Below, piece by piece: positions 9,401-19,695 of a DNA stretch of 25,134 nt. The DNA is from Atractiella rhizophila. Its lineage: Eukaryota. The notes below the pieces were generated by a model. The model was not told the DNA's origin and ran no database searches. It was given only the letters and a program-made list of their open reading frames with translations. Numbering within the stretch: the first letter of the stretch is position 1; each line of letters starts with the position of its first letter. The DNA is taken from the NCBI GenBank assembly GCA_021432655.1, contig MU271337.1:62001-87134 (forward strand). The letters run 5' to 3'. A program made the translations under genes and the position numbers.

Positions 9401-11613
9401 ATGCCATCCATGATATTCTTTCCTCTCCTCCTCCTCCTGTCTTCCTCGGACGCCCGCCCCACCCGAAGCCCTCTCAGCAAACGAGGTAACGGATCCGCTG
9501 ACGCTCCTCCTGGCACATACGCGAATGGCACGAAAGTAGCTTTCCAACCCGATCCGGATTTCGTCGCGCGAAGTCCCACGACTTGGAAAGTGCGTGTTGG
9601 TGGATCGTCGGAGGGTCATGTCTTCACTCCGCCGACAGTCAACGCCAAAGTCGGCGACTTGATCTCCTTCAGTTTCGCCTCGAAGGCGCACGCAGTCATC
9701 CAGTCCTCGTTGGACAGCCCTTGTGTACCCCTTGATGGCGGATTTCAGTCCCCCGTCTACTCAGTAGATCCTTCCCAAGACGATTTGCCGAGAGAGGATA
9801 GACCTAGGTTTCTCCTGCCAGTTAACACCACGGATCCAATCTATTTCTTTGGAAGTGACCATTGCGCGGATGCAGGAATGGGTGAGTCTGATGGTTTTCT
9901 CAACAAGACGACACGAGCTCATACGGAGCGGTGCAGTTGGAATCATCAACCCTCCGTCCGACAGTACATTCCAACAATTCCAAGACGCTGCAAAGGCGTC
10001 CTCCTCTTCATCCCCCTCAGCAGGTAACAATGTCGTGGGCCAACTCGAAGTCGTGAATCAGACGACCGACGAGAAGAATTCCACGTCTGAAACTGACTCT
10101 GGATCCAATTGGGTAACAAATTCCTGGGCATCCTCCAGCACCTCCGCCGCCTCTCCAACTTCCTCCTCCTCCACCTCTTCCGTCTCAAAACCAGCTCCAT
10201 CTGCTTCTGGATGGGTCACCAATTCCGGCAGCGGTTCCTCATCATCGTCTGGACAATCTCAGCAGCAAGCGCCGCCAGCACAGCAGCAGCAACCAGTACC
10301 CGCATCTCCACCTGCTGCTTGGACGAAGAACTTTGCCTACGGCCAATCGTTCGCCCCCGCCACTGATCCCAACACTGGTGCGGAAGTACCAGCTTGGGCG
10401 CAAGCGTATGGATACCTTAATTCCAACACGAAGCCCATTCAGGATCCCAATACGGGCGAGCCGATCGGTGCCTGGAGCGAGAATTTTGGGTATCCTTCCA
10501 AGTGGGGAGCGACGAAGAGGATGGGGAAGAGACAGGTGGAGAATGAGGGAGAGGAGTTCGATACCGATCCTGGTGTTGGTTGCGATTTGTCACAGGTTTG
10601 GTTCTCCAACCCGGCTGCAAGCAAGGTTCAACCTCCGGTGGGATCTACATTGCGTTATGTGAGCAGTGGTAGAGGGCTTCAGGTGTGCTTGTTTCTCTGT
10701 GTCTTATTGAACGAAGTTGAGAAACGGAATAGAACTACACATGCACAAATGGTACCTACAAGAGTGCGTTTCCCATTTACTCCCTTGTAGCCTGATGATG
10801 AATCTTACCTTCCCTCACAGCCTATGGTCCAGTAAGTTGTACCACTTCATTGCGTAGGATAATACAAACCTATGGATAGTTCACACAGATGTACGATGTC
10901 TCCTGCGTGATCACGAAGCGACCTTCCCTCCTGCCGCTCCTCCAGAATATCCTCGCTTCCTTCCCACGTGACGATCCTGCATCCGCCACAGACGCCATTG
11001 CACAAGTTTATGGAAAGGACGAAGCCAAGCTTGGAGAGACCATCCTCACTGATCCCAAATACCATCTTGGAGGTCTGTCTCTTATCCATTCTACATCCAG
11101 TCTTTTGAGCTGATTTGAACCGGTGATGGGTCTGTAGACTTCTTCTTCCAATTTTTCGACGGAACCGTCAGCCCGCTCTTCGACTTCAGGAAGGTGAAAG
11201 GCGACGATCAGTTCTTCTACGGAAAGGTCAAAGCTTCAGAACCGGTAAGTCTCCATCCGTATTTAACGGAGCGTGTATTGAACTCGGATCATAGGATATA
11301 ATCGATGGGAAAAATAACATTCCGTGGTTAAACATTGGGCGGGCCAATAGCACTGGTGAGAAATCCTTTCAAACCATTGTTCTCTGACTCACGTGTGGCC
11401 AATGTAGATCCATCTCTGACTGGAGGACTTTGCGATGTCATTTTGAGAGACTACACCGCTGGAGGAGTCCAACCGAAGGAATGCTCGGCTGATCAAGAGG
11501 GAGACTTCTTAGCCGTCGAGTATTCGGCACAGTAAGTCTTTTCTTTCCCTTCTTTCATGGATCGAAATGTTTACTCCGTGCCCAGTTACTGGTACTACGG
11601 TAGCGGGAATTGA
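9401..11613 (+). CDS. Secreted protein: signal peptide, cupredoxin-like domain, Ser-rich linker, aromatic repeats and DUF3455-like C-terminal domain
   Basis: Signal MIFFPLLLLLSSSDA (start may be 9410). Cupredoxin-like VGG...FTPPTVNAKVGDLISFSF..KAHAVIQSSLDSPCVP...GGFQS...DPIYFF..HC..GM/VGIINPP across intron 9882-9936. C-terminal GRGLQ/NYTC...YDVSC...PLFDF...NIPWL...RDYTAGGVQPKEC...VEYSAHYWYY is typical of DUF3455. Stop TGA 11611-11613. Several short exons near 10730-11410 are approximate. Confidence 0.8.
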
Positions 11614-11771
11614 GAGAAAATACTGAACCTTCTTCTCATGAGGACCTCGAATATTATTACGTCCTCGATTCAGGGTTGATGCGGCGGTCAATTTGTCCTC
11701 AATGTTTTCGAGTGAGAATGATAGAGGCATTCGACATTTACACTTTGCCTTTGAACAGTCATGGACGTGTT

Positions 11772-11940
11772 GATGAAGGGAATCGCTGAATTCGATCAAA
11801 ACTATTCTAACCCTACAGAGGGATTTGTAAATGATCCCTTCCCCTTCTTCAGAGCTTCTACCATGTCTCCAACGACATCCTTGCCCTTCGTCTTCTCCTG
11901 GTTTCGGTTCAACCCGCTTAATCCAAGCTATGGGTCGCCA
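11772..11940. repeat. Dispersed repeat, copy A (homologous to 19314-19472)
   Basis: A 54-nt core starting ATTTGTAAATGAT at 11823 matches copy B at 47/54 positions without gaps by manual count. Flanking blocks GATGAAGG, AAAACTATTCTA and ATCC.AGCTA.G..TCGCCA are also shared. Confidence 0.8.
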
Positions 11941-12958
11941 TTATCGGACCTCGTACTTAAGGCGGATTCGACAGAAGCGTGTTGACCTTTTCTTTGTTCC
12001 ACTACCACCAGTGAACATCCTAGCTGAGTTGCGAGATAAAGTAGCGAGAATTATTCTTTGTCGTGGCAGTCAAGCAGTGGAAGTTTGTAAAGATGCTCCG
12101 TCGGTGTATCATGCCATGGCTAGGCGAATCACCTCCCAGGATGCTCAACTCCAACATCCTTGCCTCTATTGCGGCTGCAGATGACTTTGATCCTTCGCCA
12201 CTATAATAAGAGAACTAGATAGGAAATGGAATATGGAGGACAAAAGCGAGGCGTTGGTATACGCGGTAACCAGTTATGTCTCAAGTCCACCTGCGACGAA
12301 ACAGTTTCCGCCTCCCCATCCCAATTCTATCCCCGAAAAATGAAGACATAAGAATAACTGAAGCAGCGACAGCAGCAGAGGCAGCATATCTAAAGGAATT
12401 TCGATTGTTCGGCCTACCTACATGTAACCAACAAACAGGGGTGACGCGATGACGTTATCTGACTGACCTAGCTTTTCCATTGGGATGAAGTGGAGATCAT
12501 AGAGAAATGAGAATCGGGAGAGTCGATTCTGAAGTGTTTTCGACAAGTTTTACATCGACAGCATATAAAGACAGACAAGTCAACCGTCAGCGCTGCAGGC
12601 ATCACTCATCGGAGTGTATTGCGATATCGATAGATATGTTCAGACCGATATTGAGTGGAGCGTGGGATATAGTAGCTACGCTAGCACATGTCCAATATCT
12701 TGCATACAGGCGGTGCAAAGAGTTGTACCTTCACCAAGGCTATTGTCACGGTGTTGAGGCAGAACCCGCGATTTAATGGATCCAACATTACACCTCTAGC
12801 ATTAGACACGACACCAGACCCACGTATTCTGTCTCTGGGGAATTGTAATCCTCCCAATATCAAGTTGTTTGTTTCGCTTTGCCATGACTTGATCAGTCAA
12901 CCGCAGCATTGGATTTGCGACTGCAGTGGCTTCAACGACGACTCTTTTACCGCGCAGG

Positions 12959-15900
12959 ATGACTTCCACGCCCCTCTCACCCCTTATATCTATCCCAATA
13001 AAGCCTACCTCCAACGTAGACTTTACATCTACCCTTTCACACACCATTTCTACCCTCTACCAAGAGTCACCCTCCTCGTACTCCTCTGAGATCCAAGCAC
13101 TCAACCGCTGCCGGCAGGATGCTCTACGCGGATCAGCAGGCTCGGAATTGACGCAGAGGGATCTATTGTACAAGTATTTTGGGCAGTTGGAGCTTCTGGA
13201 GCTGCGATTCCAGGACGTAAGGCTGCCTTTCGAGTGGAAGGACGCGTTCACGGGGAAGAGCATTAGCCAGATGAGCTTGGCGTACGAGAAGGCTTCCGTC
13301 ATTTTCAACATCGCCAGTACGCTTTCTTCTTTGGCTCAGGGTCAGAACAGGAGCAATCAAGATGGCATCAAGAGGGCTTTCAACTTCTTGAAGGCTAGCG
13401 CTGGCATGTTCAGCTACATCAACGAGAACTTTCTCCATGCTCCCTCTACCGACCTCTCGCGCGACATCGTCAAAGCTCTGGTCACGCTCATGCTCGCTCA
13501 ATCGACCGAAGTTTCCCTCGAACTGACAAAGGAGTCGCAGAAGAACTTTCGCTCAAAAGTTGCTGCCCAAGCCGCGCTCCTCTACTCGCAGATCATCGAG
13601 GAGGTCAAGGAGTTCACGTCCAAAGGGATCTTCGAGCGATCGTGGTCCTTCCTCGTACAAGCCAAGGCCAAATACTTCTCTGCACTCTCCCAGTACACTC
13701 GCGCACTCCACGACGTCGATAACAAGAAGTACGGGGATGCGCTCACACGGCTCTCTCTCGCTGAACCACATATCAAAGATTCCAGTCGCTTCGGATCCTC
13801 TTTCATGGCCGTGTTCGTACCGCAGTCCGGGACCGCCAGTGCTTCTCCGGGCCTTGCAAACCTCACATTCTACAACTGGGGAAGCACTACTCCTACCCTC
13901 CCGATCGATGCAGCCACGAGCTTGATGCACATGATTACTTCGTTGCAGACGCAGATCACAGAGATGTTTACTACCCTGAAGAAGGAGAACGACTTGATCT
14001 ATCATGCCATCCCACCCTCCGTCCCATCTCTTCCTCCCATTGAGCCGAGCCAAGTCGCAACTCCGACAACGATCCAACAAATCTACTCCACCGCCGAAGT
14101 ACAGACCGTCGTCGGCCCTGATATCTTCGGAAAGTTGATACCACTCTCAGTACACGAATCCGCGAGTTTATATAGCGAGGAGAAAGCCAAACTAGTCCGT
14201 TCGATCGGTGAGAGTTGTGATATGGCGGATGCCGAATACAACAATGGACTCGAGACGCTCGGCCTTCCCGCCTCCCTAGCAAAGTTCAAGTCGTCCTCTT
14301 CATACGAATCTTCCCTCTCCGATCCCGGACGAGAAGTGAAAGAATGGTGTCGAGAGGTAAAGGAGGCGGAGTACTCCCAAGGAGCGGTGGACACGCAGAT
14401 GCAGGAGTTGGAAGTGGAAAAGTCGAAAGCGAAGGGAACGATCGCGAGATTGAATACGGAGATGGAGACGGAGATGAGGGAGTGTGAGCGCGCCAGAGTG
14501 CAATATGAGCGATTCGAACAGGCGCCGAGTATGGGATTGACTAAGCGGTGGAGGGAAGCGTTGAAGGGGGATCTAGAGGATGTGGGCAAGGCGGAGAAAA
14601 GTGATGAGCAGCTGTTGAGGCTTTGGAATGAAGTTAGGGGAGAGGTTGGGATTTTGTTGATGGAGGAAGAGCAGCTGGAAGGGTGGTTTGCTCAACAGCT
14701 GGTGGGAAATCAGAGAGCTGGACAGAAAAGGAATAGCTTGTTAGATGTGGGAGAGCTGGAGGAAGAGGAGGAGAGGAGGGAATCTGACTCAATCAAGGCG
14801 CTTGTCGAGTCGATGGATGAAGGTGTTTCGAGGCTGGGAAAGATTAAGAAGGAACGAGTGGAGCTGTACAAGGATCTGAAAGAGAAGGTTTGTTTCCATT
14901 ATTTTACCTCAACTCTGCCTGGACGTGGGACTTATGACTTCATGTCGGGACAGATCCAGGCAGACGATATCTCCCACATCCTCATCCTCAACCGAAAATC
15001 CCCATCTGTTGAACCCTCTCTCTTCTCGACCGAGTTGGAGAAATTTCGTCCTCATCAGAACCGTATCGCAGAAGCTATCAAGCAACAGAAAGCGGCACTG
15101 TCACAGTTGAATACTGAATGGAAGACATTGGTTGAAAGTAAGAAGGGGAAAGAGGTGCAATCGAAGTGGAAGGAGGTAGAGAGGAGGAGGAAGGAGTTGA
15201 TTGGTCGCTGCAAACATGCTAAAGAAGGGTACTGGGATGTTCGCGCTGGATTAGGGTAAGATCTTTGCTACGTGAGTCTCACGCTTGAAGATATTAACTG
15301 GGAGGGATTAGCGGCGCGTTGCACTTTTATAAGGGTCTCAATGCATCTCTCGACTCGCTAGCGACTGAAGTTCAAAGCTTCCTTACCTCGCGGAACAAGG
15401 AAAGACTTCAGCTGATCTCGGAAGCCGACATTCAACAACGTCTGGCAGCTCCCCCAACCCCCGCTGATGGTGGTTCTTCGACTGTGCAGAAGCTTGAACA
15501 CGCCGTCGCGTCGCTAGATATAGGTAGTAAACCTCCATTACCAGCGAAGCCTGGTCAAGATCAAAGACAACCATCCTGGAGCGTCCCCCCTCCGCCTCCA
15601 CCTTCACAGCCATTTTCGCCTCCTCCGCCACAACAACAGCAGTATCCGCCTCCGCCTCCCCCCTCACAGCCACAACAGCAGTCCTACGCGCCACCTCAGT
15701 CTGCGTCACCTTACGGGAACATCCCATCGACAGGTGCTTTCTCGACGCAGCCTCCTCCTCCTCCTCCCGCGACTTACACATCGCCACCTCCATCAACCTA
15801 TGCTTCTGCTACTCCCTTTTCGCCTCCCCCAACCACCTACTCACAACCTCCTCTTCCATCCAACTATGCTTCCCAGTACACCCAACAGTCCTTTCCTCAG

Positions 15901-16224
15901 TCGCCATTTCCCCCTCCTCCGCAATCGCAACCGCAGAGATCCTATGGCCTCCCGCCTCCTCCCCCGCCGGTGCAGCAAACCTCATTGCCTCCGCCATCCA
16001 CACCGGTGTCATACCAAACGTCATATTCGACACCACACCCACCACAGCCGTCGCAATACACATCCCCTCCTCCGCCACAAGGATACCCCCAGTATCAATA
16101 CCCGATGCACCAACCTCCCCCTCCACAACAAGGCTCATATCCTCCCCCTCAACAGCAACCGTACTCGCCATACGGCCAACCACCACAGCAGCAGGGATAT
16201 GGGTACCACGGACAATCGAGATGA
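12959..16224 (+). CDS. BRO1: Vacuolar protein sorting protein Bro1 (BRO1 domain, V domain, proline-rich tail), 3 exons
   Basis: MTSTPLSPLISIPIK...LYKYFGQLELLELRF...WKDAFT...SLAYEKASVIFNIAS...ENFLHAPSTDLS...ENDLIYH...DIFGKLIPLSVHESASLYSEEKAKLVR. Introns 14888-14953 (in frame, read through by the ORF track) and 15256-15311. The long P/Q/Y-rich tail favours Bro1 over PalA/Rim20. Confidence 0.93.
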
Positions 16225-16555
16225 AGTGTTGCTTTAACGATGAAGTGAAGAATTGTGTATCAATTCTCAAGATATTGTCTGAAAGTATAGTGGAATAGAA
16301 TATCCTGTACGCTTGTTTCACCATAAACATTCATGAAGAAGGAGTTCTCGTGTCCTCCACGCTTTCATGCATCACATATTCCCAAAATTTGACCATCCAC
16401 CGGAATGACTTTTCTCCGTCGGCATCTTACTGCTGCTTTGACCAAGCAACTACTGCTCATCGTGACGGATCTGGGTGCCCCATCCGAGGTTATATGTACA
16501 AGCTGCTCCTCTCTCTGTCCTTCTACCATCCATTGCATGAGTTTACACGATCAAG

Positions 16556-19103
16556 ATGGACGTAAGGTCAAGCTTGGAGAAGGCTAGTTCACGTGATGAG
16601 AAATCTCCTCAGACGCAAGAGCAGGACTTGAAGGACGACAGGGAGACACTTCGTGATGCGGAGGAAGGGACGAAAACAGCGGTACCATCTGACGGCGAGA
16701 AGCAGAATATCCTAGATGATGATTGGGAGAATAATCCGAAGAATGCACGTAATTGGGCCAATGCCAGGAAGTGGACGGCAGCTGCTGTCGTATGCTCTTG
16801 TTCTTATCCCTATAATTTTGCAGAGTTGACATAAATTTCGGAGTATAGGTATCCATGTACACCTTCATTGGTCCCATCTGTGAGCTTTCAGGCTCCCTTT
16901 TCGCACAAGAGACTGAAAAGACACAACGCAAATAGCAAGCTCAATGATGGCTCCTGGATTACCAGAAATTGCCGTAAAATACGAGTTGAGAGATCAAACA
17001 GTTATTGCTCTCACTTTATGCATTTTTCTCCTTGCACTGGCTATTGGGGTTCGTTTGCTGCTTATTTATGTCACTAAAGTGAACTTGACCTCGAATCTTG
17101 TAGCCACTCATCTTCGGTCCACTCTCTGGTACATATCTCTTTCGTATGAATGCAGAGGGAGGCTGATTAGGTCTTTGTAGAGATTTACGGTCGTACCTGG
17201 GTTCTGCATATCGCGAATATTGCCTTTTGTGGCTTCAACGTCGGTTGCGGCTTCACCGATTCTGTGGGTGGCCTAATTGGGCTGCGATTTCTCGGTTTGT
17301 CCCTTCTCTCTTTGCCACTGATTTTGCTCACGAAAATGTTGTACGCCAGCTGGCTTCGCTGGCTCTGCGCCAGTTGGTTCGTCGCACCATTCTGAAAGAC
17401 TGTTCTGACGGCGGCTGCAGGTATCGGAGGTGGCACGATTTCCGATCTGTGGGACGAGAAGTCGAGGGCTGGAGCAATGGCTGTGTAATTCCTTGTTGCT
17501 CAGACATTAGGGGCGAACTAAATTTTATGGCAGTTACGCCATGGGTCCTCTGCTAGGAGGCGTGATCGGACCGATTGCAGGAGGTTCTACTCTCACACTT
17601 TGTCTTCGTCGCTTGTACTGATTGCCCTGAAGGATATATTACTCAAGGGGTAGGAGTGAAATGGACATTTGTCGTGGTCTCCGGTCAGCTACCTTCTATC
17701 TTATCTTTATCTTCGCTTGCAGAATCCTGAACTGAAGGAGGAAAAAAGGTGCTTCGGCCATTGCGGCAGTGATTGGTGTCATTTTCCTCTCGGAAACTTA
17801 TGCCCCAGTAATCAGAATGAGGATCGCGAAGAGGGAAGGGAAGATGGAACAGTTTGTAAAAGCCTATCCCGAATTCTCAATCGACAAGGAGGACAAAGTG
17901 AGACCCCATTCGTCTCAAAATGCTTCCAATGTTTCCAGAGCTGATATAGGCTGATAGTTGCGATTGTTCTGGGTCAATATCTCGCGGCCAGTCGTGTTGC
18001 TCTTTGGAAACTTTGTGTGTTTCCTACTGAGCACATACATGGCATTTATGTATGTCCCAAACGTTCTTCTTACCCGCCTGTCTGAAGCTGCTTTCAGGTA
18101 CGGGTGAGTGTTGAGTATTGAACGATGGTTCTGCTCCGTTTTCTCATTTGGTGGTTTCCGATTCGCAGGATCTTTTACTTGATGTTTACCACCTTCGGAT
18201 CCTTTTTTGGAGAGACATATGGCTTCAAAGCAGGCTCTACTGGGCTTACATACCTCGGACTGGGCATAGGATTCTTTTCTGCTGCCATTTTTGGAGCGAA
18301 GACGGCGGCAGCAATATACGCTCATGTGAGTCTTTCTCCTAGATGCTCAACACCAGGTTGAGAGGTTCAACAGTTATCCAAGAAGAACGGGGGTGTGGGG
18401 AAGCCTGAATATCGTATCCCAGTGAGTTCTCTGCGCTGAGATGAGATGCTCTTTTCTTGACGATTGTATGCAGGCTTTACTTGTCGGTAGCTTTTTCGTG
18501 CGTACGTTCATCAATCTATTTCGCCTTGCTAGAAGCTGCTAATTCAAAGTCAGCCATCGGGCTCTTTTGGTACGGTTGGTCAGCGGATGCCAAAACGCAT
18601 TGGATTCTACCTATCATCGGTTCAGGTAAAGATCGTGCCTTTCTTCATCAAACAGCATCTAACTGATTTGATTTCGAAAGGTATATTTGGTTTTGGGATG
18701 ATGACAACTTTGTTAGTTCTTGCTTCACGCTTGTTTTATTGCTCACGTTGGTTGAATAGTCTACCTATCCAACTTTACCTTGTCGACACTTTCCGATTTG
18801 CTGCCTCTGCTACAGCAGCCGCTTCTGTCAGCCTTGCGTCTTCACTCTTCGGGGATGAAATTGATTAGTGGCTAGCTTTTTCGTTCTCTTTTCGGCTTCG
18901 CTTTCCCACTGTGGGGAGACAAGCTGTTTGAGGCGTTAGGATTGGGGGGTGGGAACTCTTTGCTCGCTGGTGCGTGTGGATGGAATGAACGGACAGAACT
19001 AATTGCTAGGCCAGGTCTTGCTATTGTGCTCGGCATTCCATTTCCCGTTTGGCTCTTCTATTATGGAGAGAGGTGGAGAGCGAGAAACCGACAAGATTTG
19101 TGA
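16556..19103 (+). CDS. Major facilitator superfamily drug:H+ antiporter (DHA1-like), about 19 introns
   Basis: DDWENNPKNARNWANARKW. Spliced motifs SSMMAPGLPEI, PLIFGPLSEIYGR (motif A), LIGLRFLAGFAGSAP, GGGTISDLW..KSRA.AM, GPLLGGVIGPIAGG, LSETYAP, YMAFMYGIFYL, KPEYRIP, GLFWYGW, YLVDTF.FAASATAA, FRSLFGFAFPLWG, GGNSLLAGLAIVLGIPFP. Stop TGA 19101-19103. Confidence 0.9.
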
Positions 19104-19313
19104 CGACTCAGTCGCTATATCGAAGGTATTTGTGAACAGTGTACGGCAAGAAGTACTTAAGGACAACAGAGCGCAGTACATACCATAATGCCATAATGCA
19201 GACACCAGTACTATTTATGAATTCTGCTAACGTTTACAAGACTGATGTTGCTGTGCATGCTGCACCTGGCTAGCCTCATTGTGCATGGATGCGCGAGAGA
19301 TGTTCCTCTTGCG

Positions 19314-19472
19314 GATGAAGGAAATCATGGATTAAAAACTATTCTATCCTTGCAATTTGTAAATGATAGCTTCCCCTTCTTCAAAGCTTCTAACAAGCCT
19401 CCAAGGACCACTCGATCTTCGCCTTGTTTTCTTCCAACTCGCCAAGGAGGTGATCCTAGCTACGTTTCGCCA
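19314..19472. repeat. Dispersed repeat, copy B (homologous to 11772-11940)
   Basis: Same orientation as copy A. Core ATTTGTAAATGATAGCTTCCCCTTCTTCAAAGCTTCTAACAAGCCTCCAAGGAC. Confidence 0.8.
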
Positions 19473-19695
19473 ATCAACGCAGACTACTTCCACGAAGCGT
19501 CCTCGACGCCGAGTAGGGGCGACAACTCTTCTAAAAATGTTGCACCCTGCTCGTTGTATAAAATCCATAAAATCCATCCAGGTGTACTTTTTGCACGTGA
19601 TGTGATCTCCTCCCGAAATCGAGTCAACTCGTCAGTCAAAAGTGCATTATTATTACTGAGAGATATCGTCTAACGCAAGAACTCAGTACAGTTAA

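Noticed and set aside
11950..12950. Short ORFs upstream of BRO1 (11831-12184, 12507-12776, 12688-13089)
   Set aside because: No recognisable domains and no consistent spliced model on either strand; a decayed gene cannot be excluded.
14888..14953. Apparent 22-aa insertion in the Bro1 V domain (similarly 28 aa in CUE3 at 20943-21026)
   Set aside because: These are stop-free in-frame GT-AG introns read through by the ORF finder.
15560..16200. CCT/CCG/CAG-rich repetitive DNA
   Set aside because: Explained by the normal proline-rich tail of Bro1; not a tandem array or CRISPR.
13057..16330. Many long antisense and alternate-frame ORFs over BRO1 (similarly over CUE3)
   Set aside because: Shadow ORFs caused by codon bias and low-complexity Pro- or Glu-rich coding; no recognisable motifs.
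19245..19673. 142-aa ORF between the MFS gene and CUE3
   Set aside because: Its similarity to ORF 11761-11985 reflects the shared nucleotide repeat, with differences mostly at second codon positions in that frame; not supported as a protein.
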